This document shows positions 35,363-47,969 of a stretch of DNA of 64,000 nt, one piece after another. The stretch comes from Neodothiora populina (lineage: Eukaryota), in contig NW_027191419.1 in the NCBI RefSeq assembly GCF_041146345.1, forward strand, positions 1 to 64,000. The letters are read 5' to 3'. The notes under the pieces are model-generated. The model was not told the DNA's origin, did no database searches, and saw only the letters and a program-made list of their open reading frames with translations. Every line of letters begins with the position of its first letter. Position 1 is the first letter of the stretch. Made by a program: the position numbers and the translations under genes.

Positions 35363-37834
35363 GAGATGGAACTTTTGGCCATGGAGAGCTGATTCTCTTT
35401 GCACCGGACTAGGGCGAGCGACTCGTCCCAGTACCTTGGGGCACTCAGTTGTAGTGGGGTATAACTACGTACTGATCCTTTAGAAGTAACCCTGCTGAAG
35501 GGCAAAGGTGGTCATGACCTTTCTAGAGCTAGGGTCCTCCTTCTCTTGCGTAAAATATAGGGTCGCGAGCCTGATGATATGGAACAGAAAATTCGATACA
35601 GTCAAGACCAACTGTGACTCCGTTATCTGTGCAGCTACTGCATCTGCGACATGCCTCAGCCTGCTGTATTCCAAGAAGTTCAGCATTCTCCTAGCACGGT
35701 CAACAAGGCGTCAAGGATCAATTGTTGCTCCTTCTTAAGGGAATAGCCTTGATCTCGGCACCCTCTTGATCCGTGCAGTCGATAGGGGAAGTCAGTGGTT
35801 GCGTTACTTGTACCCCTCTGCAGCAGTGACCGTACAATATCTTATCAAAATGGCATTTTCAACCAATCTCCTCTGGAAGTCATCGACGCATGAACTCAGT
35901 AAACGCATCTCTTTCTAATATAAAAGTCTAGGGCTTTCGACTTAGTGTCAGGTGTCGATGTCCGCAGACGTTTATATCGGACAAGAAGGACCGGAGAGGG
36001 AGTCAAAGCGTATTGGGTGCAATCGCGGACGACTGGTAGAAATTGTCATGTAACATAGAAGAGACTACAAGGAGCAATCTAGATGTTCTAACAGAATGTC
36101 TAGGGAGTCAGCGCTGTGCGAATGCCTTACATGCTGTTATCGAACGGCTAAATCTCTTGTGATCCTGCACGCAGCCAGCGACAACTATGACAAGCGGGTG
36201 AAGGTGAACCTACCAGTGCAGCCACAAACTGAAAGCGACTCTGATCTCGCACTCGAAGCATATCTCAACATGCGTTGCTTTGATAGCGCTTAGATGCCCA
36301 TCAGCGCTGCTTGAAATTCACCCGGGAACTTCAGTGCGTGGGCATTGTCCTTTCTGCGCATTAAAACCCCGTGTACGGTAGACTAAATTACGCCTGACTA
36401 GATTTCCTTAACACAATACTCGAGCCTTGAATCTCTCAGTAGAAGCGTTATCATGAATCAAAATAGTCTACACCAATCATTCGAAAATCGAACAACAACC
36501 CATTTCCCACGCGATCTACCATCTGCAAGAGCGGGCTCCAGCCAGTTGGCCATCAATATATTTCTGTGGGAGTTACCTCTAGGCAAATCCTCTCGCATTA
36601 GAAGATGTTTCCCCATGTGCCGCGGTCTCTTAGGTTTGGCGGCAAGTGGCTAGTGCAAGTTTAGTACCAGGGCATCCGCTCGGTTCGGCGAGATTTTGCT
36701 CGGATTTGGCCGAAGCCTGACTGTACACGGGTAAATTCATCCACGAGGACGATTATACTGTAGAGTCTGAACACAAGGCATGACAGATGAGGTAAGATGG
36801 TATACGGTAGGTGGTGCTGGCCCGCGTGATTAGTTTCGGATTTGCGGGAAGTGATGTCTGGGTCAGGCACTGAATTGCCTGACCCAGACAGACTGTCATT
36901 GACGGCTTTTTACATCGAAGTTTGTATGCAGGGCTTGCTCAGTGCGAGACCTAGCCAGCTGTACAAGGACCTCACTCTATTCCGCTTGGATTTCGAACGC
37001 GACGATCACTCCTTGGTCATTCAACGGACTGACTCAGAAATCAATACATTAATCCTATGGGCCAATTATCTCACTGGTATCTGTTGTAAAAATGCAATTG
37101 TGCTTGCATGAAAGTCTATCTCGAAATGCCACTCTAGTGCGATACGTGTACACTTGTACACCGCAGTACCGGCCGTAAACCACGTTCAAAATGAACCGCT
37201 ACTGCTGTGTATGTTTCTAGCTGCCTTAGGTACTGTAGCACCGGTTCGTATTCCAAGAGCACTGACCCTAATTTGCAACTCCAAACCCGCGGTCTTGCAT
37301 CGAAAAAAGCTAAGCGAAGCTGACGCTCAAAAGAATGCCACTGTGTTCAGTCACCCGCTGCTTCGCGCTGCCGCTCAGTCAACGTGCGGAAGCACGAATT
37401 GACGCCCTTGGCGCACGCGCGGGTCGTTGGTGGTTTACCTATTTGCCCCTTGTCAAAGGTACACTTGCTCCCCGCACATTCTTGAGCCAATGAGGCAATA
37501 AGGTTCACTCATAAGGCTAAATAGACATCGAAGTACGCTTCCAGGGGTCTTACAACACTGTGTGGACTTGGCACGAAGAGCTTAGGGAGCTCTTGAGCGA
37601 GGTGTGCAGCCCACCGTTAGAGTTCGCCAATAGGGCCGGCCAGGCATGTGCGGCGAAGACTGTTACGCTTTATTTGGCATTTGCATTTTTGGCAAAGGCT
37701 TATCATGACGAAGTCTCTTTGTAAAGCTTTCTCCTCTTGTGCCGAACACGAATATTAAGCAGGGCCTCATACATTTCTATTGGCCAACTCATGTGACTGC
37801 GAACAGAGGAGAGCGCAGACGACGTTTTCTTCTG

Positions 37835-37995
37835 CCCCAGATGCGGTTACCCCAGACCCCCGCTTTCCCGTAGCATGGAGAGGCCGGAAGATCTCGATAT
37901 TGCCCGTTCATGACCCCAGCTAAACCGTTTCCCCAGACCCCGCCCCGCTTTGTATGGGGGGGGCCGCTACGCACGGAAGATATGGATATTAACCG
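37835..37995. promoter_or_regulatory. Cluster of CreA/Mig1 (SYGGRG) sites plus two CGG-N16-CCG motifs upstream of the sugar permease
   Basis: CCCCAG at 37835, 37850, 37914 and 37931; CCCCGC at 37858, 37938 and 37943; CGG-N16-CCG at 37885-37906 and 37974-37995. Confidence 0.7.
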
Positions 37996-38170
37996 ACAGT
38001 GGAAACACGAGCATGCATGTGGTCTGGAAAGACACTAATATCCCATGACCTGCTGCTGTGTCGTCTCGATTTCTTTCTACTCCCAACCCGGTGTTCACAT
38101 CTCTCACCATCACCCGACTGCGATCCTCCCCACACGCCGTGCATACATCTTACTGAAAACCCTTGTCACC

Positions 38171-40033
38171 ATGGACGAGACCAAACTTCAGGTCTCGGAG
38201 CAGATCGAGCACCATGATGCCTTTCCAGAGAAGTCCAGCGCTGCTGAGATGAAGGCGGATGCCATCGAGGCCGAGAATGCGGAACATAACATGACCGTGA
38301 TCGAGGCGGTCAAGGCTTACCCTATGGCCTCGTTCTGGGCTTTTGTCATGTCCTGCACCATCGTCAGTTTTATCTTTTTCTTAATAAATAGCATGCAGCT
38401 GACCTCTTTTACAGATCATGGAGTCTTACGATGTTTTCCTCATCGGTAACTTCGTCGCCCTCCCTGCTTTCAAAACTAAGTATGGTATTTTGCACAACGG
38501 CGAATACATCATCGCTCCCGCTTGGCAATCTGCCCTTCAGGTCTCTGGACAGCTCGGTGCCCTTATCGGTGTCTTCCTGGCTGGTCCCCTGACGAGTCGC
38601 ATCGGCTACCGCTGGGCGACCTTGACGGGTCTCATGCTCCTGAACGTTTTCATCTTTGCCTTTTACTTCGCCAGCTCGCTCCCGATCATTTTTGTCGCTC
38701 AGCTTCTCGAGGGTATCCCATGGGGTATCTTCATCGCCAACGCCCCAGCATACTGCAGTGAGATTGTGCCCATCAAGCTCCGAGCCCCGGCGACCCAGAT
38801 GCTGCAAATGTTCTGGGCTATCGGCAGCATCATTGTCGGCGCCGTGACTTACCGCTACAACACCGACAACACAGCAGCGGCCTACCAGTATGTGTCTATC
38901 CAAGCCATGTAATTTGGAATCATTCACTGACTGTTGTGAACAGGATCCCTATCGCGCTCCAATGGATGTTCCCCACCCCTCTTGCCATCCTGATCTTTTT
39001 GGCACCAGAGAGCCCGTGGTGGCTCACTCGTAAGGGACGACACGAAGAAGCGGCGCGATCCGTCGAGCGCCTTGGACGCAAGTCGCAGGTCAACGCCCCC
39101 GAGACTGTGGCCATGATGCGTCGTGTCATCGAGCTCGAGACTTCCGACAAGAGACCCAGCCATCTCGAATTGTTCAAGGGCACCGATCTCCGCCGTACCC
39201 TCATCGTTTGTGGCGTCTACGCAGCCCAGAATCTTACTGGCAATCTCATCGCTAACCAGGCCGTTTACTTTTTCGAACGTAAGTTAGGGTTTTTCTAGAT
39301 GCTTGCAGACAGACGAGTATGCTGATCAACTATATAGAGGCCGGCATTACAACGGACACGGCTTTTGCTCTTGGTCTCATCACGTCCGCCCTACAGATGA
39401 TTTTCGTCATGCTTTCTTGGATCCTTACCAGTTACTTCGGTCGTCGTTCTATCTACCTCTGGGGTTCAGCCGCTAACACCGTACTCCTCATCGCACTCGG
39501 TGTCGCAGCTTCGGTCGGCAAGAGCACTGCAGCATCACTGGCACAGGCGTCTCTCGGCTTGATTGTTTCGGTCCTGTTCACATTGGGACCGGCGCCCGCC
39601 TCTTGGGTTATCATTGGAGAAACATCCGCCATTCGCCTCAGGCCCCTCACCACTGGCATGGGTCGCGCCACGTACTACATTGTCGAAATTCCTTGCATTT
39701 TCCGTAAGTCTCTGACAACCTGACACCGACACGAGGGCGCGATGACTAACGACGATAAAACAGTCGCTTCCTATATGCTAAACCCCGCTGGTGGCAATCG
39801 TAAGTTTACTTCCCATCTGGAGTATGTGTCTAGCCAATCGCTAACAAAACACAGTTGGCGGAAAGTGCGGCTATGTCTGGGGTGGTACCGGCTTGTTCTG
39901 TCTGGTCGTCGCTTACTTCTGTCTGCCTGAGATGAGAGGACGTTCCTACCGTGAGATTGACATCATGTTCAAGCGTCACATTCCAGCTCGCAAGTGGAAG
40001 AAGACGGAGATTGATATCAACGATGATGAGTAG
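38171..40033 (+). CDS. Alpha-glucoside/maltose permease (sugar porter, MAL11/MAL31-like)
   Basis: IMESYD, PAWQSAL, GIPWGIF..APAYCSEI, PESPWWL and PEMRGRSYREID. Five introns (38363-38414, 38888-38943, 39279-39337, 39704-39763, 39800-39854) all keep frame. Confidence 0.95.
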
Positions 40034-40811
40034 ACATCCGTTTCATCTCAGCGATAATGATACCCATCGAAGAATTCGATAATTGAAGCTATAGGCTGGA
40101 GGACGACGTCAACCTTTTTGGTAAACAACATATGTAGAGAAGGTGCACAAGCTAGCTCTTCTACATGAATGAAGCAATGAAATCAATTTCAAAGAAAAAT
40201 TGAATATTGTAAAAGTAGTGAAGTCGCAAGGAATATGAGAATTTGAGAAGAGCCTTGTCCGGGAATACCGAGGCAGCGGGGTGAGGATAGGACGAAGAGG
40301 ACGGAAGCTTGCTCTGCCTGACGGAACAGCTACTGCTGTCACAGCGAGAGCTAGGCTCTAGATTCGACATGTCAAGATGACTGTCCGTCTAGACTCCCAC
40401 CAGGCCTGGACGCGACAGTTGGCACAGCCTCAGCCGAACTGGCGTTCTCAATGTGCAGCTGCACATTTTCGTCTGACGCCTTATTGCCCTGCTCTTCTGA
40501 CAACGGTGACCCAGGTTAACGATACGCCAGCTGCCAATGTCCTGCTTGTCATATGCTGTAGAGTAGACAGCTCGTCATTGGGATTTGTACACCCCTTCTT
40601 GACGACAAGTTGTGACTTACTGTAGAACGGAGCCCGATTTTGAGCTTCGCTGTCATGTGAATAGTCTATCATTGTTTCAAGCTTTGCCAGATTTCGGGAC
40701 TATTGGCATTCCTAGTATCCCCTCCATTAACGATGGATTGCTTATGCTTGCCCATCGGCGACCAATGTCATTTGAGGTAAAAAGAAAAAATAAAAATGGG
40801 AAAAAGTGATA

Positions 40812-40930
40812 ACGTACAGCAGCAGGGATTCCCACGTGGTCACCCACCGTAGTACTAGTCTGCCGGTCAACTGCTTATGTCTGGCAGAGCGGACGGGATG
40901 CCCAGTTCTCAGCTGCCTGTGGCCGTACGT
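40812..40930 (-). rRNA. Dispersed 5S rRNA gene (type 2)
   Basis: 119 nt, 6 differences from the copy at 27839; T6 terminator downstream; TATA-like AATATATA about 25-30 nt upstream. Confidence 0.97.
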
Positions 40931-42260
40931 GTAAGAATTGTTAGATGTATCGTATATATTGATTGTTCAATGTCATCTCATCGACTGCGAACAACTGTTC
41001 ATAGGCGTTCGGCCCAAACCATACATTAGTAGATATGGGACATTTCTCGATATTGCATCTTTGCATTAGGATGAATCGAAGCGACATAGCCACGAAGCGC
41101 ACGACCAGGAATGATCATAGAAGAACTGGTAATCGCCACCCGAAAATGATATCCCAATGACGTTAGGGGGTATTGCTGAGCAGGAGTGGAGACCAAAGGT
41201 TGCAGCCTCGAGCTTTTTGCAACATGTCCGACCAGATCACCAAAGAATGTGCCAAGATGTATTTGATCCAACACCGTCCTCATCACTATCGTTCCCACCC
41301 TGTATGCGCCAGGTAAGGTAGGCAAGATGGATGTTAGGGACAATCGAATGCCTAGCACAATAATAGAAGCAAGGAATCGTATAAGTAGGTACTTGAGATA
41401 GAACCGTGCATCAGACTAAAGTACGTTTAAATGCATCTAACTTAGTCCGAAGACTGTCAGGGGCACCTTGGCACACTTTGGAATACGACGATGAAGCACA
41501 AGGGAACTCCTCTCTAGTCATCGCGAACAGTCAGTAACCACCTGATGGGTAGTGAGAAACTCCTAATAAAAGGTCGCTAAAGACCTGGTTCATGAATGCT
41601 TCAGAAGTGAATGTCAAATGACTCCCTAGTGAACTGCAGACGATTTGTCGAAAATGGTCGTGACTGACCCAATGCACAGTCGATATCTCCCTATTGAAAG
41701 GTCGATATCTAGAGACGAGCTGCTCTGTATCCTGTATCGATTACGATTCGCTTCCTTGTAGAAACCACTAATCAGACCCATCACGAGCAGCTGATGGCAC
41801 TAGGTAGGTAAAACACTGCGGCGGATGTAAGAAAAACTCCTTCCCGTCGGTCCCGCTCGCAACGCCAAGCCCGGGCGTCGAAGGAAGCGAGCTTGCCTGT
41901 GACCAAGGTGCACAGGTGCTTAAGGCTATTATTATCAATGACACTGTTATCCTCGTATTGTACTAGGACACTAATGTATGCGCAAACCGGACCATCTCGT
42001 TGTTTCATAAGCTAAATGACAGGTGGTCTCGTAACGACTTCCTCGAGTGCATATGCGCTATTTGAATGCCCGTATGCGGGAATTATTCGAGTCATGGCAA
42101 AGTCCAGTGCGCAGGACATGTTATGATGAATGACGAAGTGAACTGGAGCGCCTGTAGAGTATATAAAGCTCTGTCGATTGTCCTCCAAGATGCTGGTCTC
42201 ACTTTATCGCAACCAAATCTGCAATTTGACTTTCAATAAAATTATCTTCCTTGTCTCGAT

Positions 42261-42815
42261 ATGTTCTCTGCCAGTGTACTCGCCAGCTTGGCGCTCACCC
42301 TGCTCCCGGCCGTTCAGGCCCAAGCTTACATCCCTTACGCTTGGAATACTTCAGCACCTGCCATCCACGACCAGGCAATCACAGCTTCCTACGGGATTTT
42401 CGATATCAGCGACCGAACCACCGGATTCTGCCCAGACTGGGACCCGGACTGCCCCAGCAAGAACACCACCATCCTCTCTGGCCCCGGCGACGACGGCAGC
42501 ATGTGGATGGGCTCTCTACGTGGAGGCCAGCAGATCTATACGTTCTCTGGTGGATTGGCGTACACCCAGCCAGACTCTGTTTCTGTGTACCTACATGAGT
42601 TCCACACCAACTTCACCGTCGAGGCCGATGCCGAAGTTGGAGCCGATGTGTTGAGGTTGAATGGTGATGATTGGTACATCTGCGAGTACTACAGCGTGCC
42701 GCTGAAGGTGTTTGCTGCTGTCTCTGGAGAGCCTGCCGACGCTACTGGTCCTTGTTACAAGGCTGTAATCAGACTTGAGGAGACCAACGCACCGGCGGTC
42801 GACCTTTACGGCTAG
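42261..42815 (+). CDS. Secreted PhiA/IgE-binding-protein-like cell-wall protein
   Basis: Signal peptide; IHDQAITAS..FCP....CP..NTT..GGQQIY..GGLAYTQ.DS pattern; TATATAAA at about 42160. Confidence 0.75.
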   Translation: MFSASVLASLALTLLPAVQAQAYIPYAWNTSAPAIHDQAITASYGIFDISDRTTGFCPDWDPDCPSKNTTILSGPGDDGSMWMGSLRGGQQIYTFSGGLAYTQPDSVSVYLHEFHTNFTVEADAEVGADVLRLNGDDWYICEYYSVPLKVFAAVSGEPADATGPCYKAVIRLEETNAPAVDLYG

Positions 42816-44395
42816 ACAGGATGTATCAGTGGGTTTCAATGATTGATTAGATGGAAGGACAGCTGCACGTCATAGAGGCAGGGAATTTTTGTGATGCTCA
42901 TTATGATAAAACGAATCTGGATTTTCACTCAAACAATAAAACAAGTGGCAGAATAATATGTGATACTAGATGCTCTACCAGTCGCCACAGATCAAGTCGA
43001 CTAGGAACTTCATTTTGAGCCTCTTCGCGCTCTATTTGTCAATCATAATTATAAAAAGTCATTAATTCAAGCCTTTCGAAACAATCACCCGAGAAAATCT
43101 TCATATTGTGTATTACTCACATCCGATACAACCTATGTCTCCTCATTAGAAGAAGATTGCAAATACATGTCCTTCATGAACAATATGCGCTGAGCTACGA
43201 TCGCTTCTTGTGTACAGGTCTGGAACGCCAATTTATCCTTAGACCTCGGGATACCGGTAAGTCGATGCCGCAAAGACATCTCGAGGTCTGGAGGTGGACC
43301 AACGTACTTCGGATCTTATATGCTGTTGGTTCGCTTGCTTGTCTTCGCGCGGCTCCTCAAGATGTCTTCAACTCGACTATCGCTGGCCTACACTTCCCCT
43401 TCCGGTTGTCGACTGCGACGTCGTCCCGGCGCTGAATTCTATCTCTCTCAGCAAGAGAAATTTCTGCAACAGGACTCTGTGCAATCACATCTTGCCGCAA
43501 GGCAAGTCCAGAACTCGTCGCTGGTGTTACTCCAGGCGCAGAGAAGAGAGTACCTTCGTTGGAATTAGTTTTGATCAACAAAGGTGCCTTGACGGACTAC
43601 AGGTGTAATGCCCTCATATCATGAACTTGAGGCACCGTACCGTAGCTGAACTATCCCGGCACGGTTGCCACATTTCTCAACTTGTGGAGCTGCTCACTGG
43701 AGTTGTATCCGTATATTGCTTAGCGGAACGCGGATATCCCATATTCCAGACAGAGGTCGGCCTGTACCAATTTCGCACCTGGCTGGTGTCCACGCCCTTC
43801 GCGAAATCACCATATCACTGACTACCACATCGTCATGCGATACAGCCAATAGGATGTCACATGCTAGTTGTAGGCTGCGCGAGGTCCCACCTAATGATTT
43901 CGTGGTGACATCGTGGCTTCGTCGCCAATCTATTTGCATGGAGCCGATCGTTAGAACACACCGAGAGTTTGCGGACGTGGCTGTCGAGCCTACAGTGGAA
44001 GTCTGCACGTTTTGTGTAGTATCGGTTGCAAACACATTCACTATATCGTTCTTAGCCTCCTGCACCCCAAGAACTTACCCCGCTTGATCTTACGCATTGC
44101 TACTCCTACCCCGCTGATCTCCATGATCCTTCAGATCATAGTAACCTGTGAATGCAGTATATGATGTATAACCATCATACAGCAATATTGGAGCTGCAAC
44201 AGCCCTCGGGGTTTGACAATCCCGATCGCGATTTGCATGATATACACGCATCGCCAATACCTTTGGTAGGTGACTTGTCTCTGTATATCTATTTCGTGGG
44301 TGGCCTACAATAAATTATCAATAAACCAACTCCCTTGTAAAGTTCAGGGACCGATAAGGGACTAAGCTACTCATATCAATTATTCTGCCGTCACA

Positions 44396-47300
44396 ATGTT
44401 ACGGAAGTGGACACGATCTGGTGGCGTACTCTTGTTGGCTGCTTTGCATCTGGTCAATGGGTAGGGTAACTCGACCACGAGCCCTAAATGGGTAGAATCC
44501 GAATTCGCAACATCTTCCCCAGTGTACCCATCACGTAAGCCATTCGCCAGCTCGGACATATGAGCATGGTACTGACTAAACATGTCAGCAAACGCGACTG
44601 GCATCGGCTGGCAAGACGCGTTCAATCAGGCCCAAAGCTGGGTGGCCGGGTTGACGTTGGAGGAAAAAATCAGGCTAGTGACTGGCACGCCCGGACCGTG
44701 TGTTGGTAATATCGGTCCCATCGACCGTCTTGGGTTCCGAGGACTTTGCCTCCAGGACGGTCCGCTCGCAATCAGAGCGGTCGACTATGCTTCCGTCTTT
44801 CCTGCCGGCCTCACAGTTGCGGCATCTTTTGACAAGAACCTGGCTCACGTCAGAGGTCAAGACCTTGGTGCTGAACTCGTAGGCAAAGGGGCGCATATCG
44901 CACTTGGACCTGTCGCAGGCCCCCTCGGTCGCAGCGGTTATGGTGGACGAAACTGGGACGGATTTTCGCCCGACCCATATCTTACTGGCGAACTCTTTGC
45001 CGAGACCATCATTGGTATAGAAGAAAGCGGCGCCCAAACCTGTGCCAAACATTATATTGGAAACGAGCAAGAGACGATGCGTAATCCTGAAAGGTCTGCG
45101 GGTGCGTCTGGCACCGCCCGCACCACGATTGAGGCTGTATCGTCGAACATAGACGACAGGACTATGGTAATGCTGAATAGCTCTCAAGTGACGGCATCTG
45201 ATCTAGCTAATGAGATCCAGCATGAGCTCTACCTTTGGCCTTTCGCTAATGGTGTCAAAGCTGGCGCTTCCTCCATCATGTGCTCTTATAACCGCATCAA
45301 TGGGTCCTATGGATGTCAGAATAGCAAGACTGTCAACGGGCTACTCAAGGGAGAGCTAGGTTTCCAGGGCTGTACGTCTACTTGCCAAGACTTCTTCCGG
45401 TTTCATTGACTAACTTTGATCTGCATAGATGTCATGTCCGGTTGGGGCGCTGTACATGCCGGTGTAGATGCAATTGAAGCAGGTTTGGACATTAACATGG
45501 TATGTGAGCACGCTGAAAATCTATACATGAACCATATTAATCCGTGATGTTAACAGCCAGGTGGAATCGGCTTCCTAGACGATAGTACTTCTCTCTTCGG
45601 AGGCAATAACACCAGAGGTCAGCGATTGAGGTCGACAATTAGTCGCCTCGTTCCTAGTGCATCTCCTAGCTTCCAACCAAAGGCTCAGCAAGTGGAGTCC
45701 TTACGACTTTACCGCAGTATGCTAATACTTCTTCTTAGCCATCAACAATGGTAGTCTCAGCATCGAACGGTTGGATGACATGGCGCGAAGAATCATGACC
45801 CCTTACTTTCGTTTGAACCAGAACGCGGCCTCTTTCCCCGCGGTCGACCCTAGCGGCATCGATCTGGGTTTCTCCCGACGGAAGAATGGATACCCCAATC
45901 TTGCTAATGAACACTCTGAACTAATACTTCGAAGCCTCTGCCTTGCACTACAACTATACCTATGCTACTCAGCTTCCCGTTGATGTTCGCGATGACCATG
46001 CGGCCTTGATTCGCGAATTAGGCGCTGCTGGCATCATCCTTTTGAAGAACGAGAACAACACGTTGCCGCTCAAAAAGCCCAACAATATCGGCATCTTTGG
46101 TAATGATGCAGGCGACTTGGTGAACGGCCTCTACTCTGCGGGTGGATTCAGTGTGGGTCCATCTGGTTATGAGTATGGCGTGCTTGCTGCAGGAGGTGGA
46201 AGTGGCACAGGAAGATTGACATACGTTGTTCCACGTCTTGACGCCATCAAACAAAGAGCTGCTAGAGACGGCTCGCTTGTTCAGTATCTACTCAACAACA
46301 CCGAGATTGCTAATTCTGGTTCCCTGTTGGTCATGGAGTGACCTAATGCCTATCACACTGCACTGACACCCATAACAGGGCGCCTACGTACCCAACCCCG
46401 CCGGATGTGTGTCTGGTATTCTTGAAATCTTGGGCCAGCGAAGGCTCAGACCGAGAATCCTTGCTCGTCGACTGGTTGGTTCCGTCTGTTCTCACAACCA
46501 GACTAGCCTTACTGATCATTCCTAGGAATGGGACTGCGCTCGTAGAAGTAGTAGCCGCGGACTGTGCCAACACAATCGTAGTCACCCACTCAGGGGGCCT
46601 CAACGTTCTGCCGTGGGAGTCATGTCACAGTCCTATCCTCCTACGTCAATGCTGACTCCATCGTCTAGTTTCGCTAATCACACCAACGTGACAGCTATTG
46701 TAGCTGCTCATCTCGGTCGTAAGGAGACAGGCAACAGCATCGTTGATGTTCTTTACGGCGATGTCAATCCATCTGGTCATCTACCATACATCATTCCACT
46801 TGAAGAAGATGACTATAATTTTGTCGCCATCACTAACTCATCCGAGCTAATCAATACTCCGAACGCCTGGCAATCAGATTTTCGTGAGCGCCTACTCATA
46901 GACTACCGTCATTTTGACTTTTATGATCTGGATGTTCAGTATGAGTTTGGCTTCGGGTTGTCATATACTACTTTCGGCCTCTCTGAGGTATCTGTTGCGG
47001 CTGCTGGTACCGTTGACATATCGTCTGCACCTCCGGCCAATCCGACCCAGCCTGGAGACAATCCAGCCCTCTGGAAAGTTTTGTACACGGTATAGCAGCC
47101 CACTTGTGTGCTACAAGCCAGAATGACTATTTATTGACACATTAAATAGATCACTGCGACCGTTTCCAACACCGACTCGGTTGCTGGACACGCCGTCCCG
47201 CAGTTGTACCTTGGTCTTTCCCAGCCTAGCGATGGGCCCGATGATCTTACCCCGATCAAGGTGCTACGAGGATTCGAGAAGACCTACCTACAAGCGGGTG

Positions 47301-47599
47301 AAAGCCAACAGGTGATTTTTCCCCTGATGCGCAGGGATCTTCGTTACTGGGACATTGTGATCCAGGACTGGATCATTAGTGCAAGCGAGATCAAAGTCTT
47401 CGTAGGCTATTCTAGCAGGGACATTAGAGCCACAACATCGTTCCAACCACTCGCGCCCAGTAGCCGAAGTGGCAATCATACATACGTGGGCCCCGGTTAT
47501 GGACACCACGGCAAAACACACGACGGCTCAGGGCCCTGGTACACGACTTCCTATTTATTCCACACTAAGTCTACTCTGCAAGTGCGAACACATATCTGA
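44396..47599 (+). pseudogene. GH3 beta-glucosidase, inactivated
   Basis: CLQDGPL, GPVAGPLGR, KHYIGNEQE, MCSYNRING and FGFGLSYT. TAG at codon 23 (44462). Nucleophile motif reads VMSGW instead of VMSDW (45440). GRNWDGF; several donor sites look damaged. Confidence 0.85.
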
Positions 47600-47969
47600 A
47601 GCAGCAAAGAGGATGACGGGTGGAAGGGAACAAGTCGCCGACTGTAATCGAGGAATTGTGCTTAGGCGGAGTCGAATAATAGTTACGAAGGTACATATAA
47701 TCCCTGAATGCGCATCTTCTGATGATACCCATTCATCGCCTACGGGTTCCCTTCAAGGAGACGCGGTGCTCATTTATCGGATGAAGTGTGGTGAATGCTT
47801 TACTGTAGATAATTGATTGTAAGAATTGTCATGGAGCATATACACTCATACGCTCGGACATGATCTTCAGTTGCTCTAAGAGTTCTGAACGCTATCGATG
47901 GTCACAATACCAAGCTTTTATTGAGATTGCCCGTGTATCTCGTAATCAAGAGTGAATATAGATCCCGGC

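Noticed and set aside
27839..40930. Starship element bounded by 5S genes
   Set aside because: Both 5S genes are full length, and no tyrosine-recombinase captain is recognisable.
41518..41705. Possible fourth TCANTGA-like array
   Set aside because: Rich in similar words, but the cores are degenerate and the 11-bp register is not sustained; left unclaimed pending a PWM scan.
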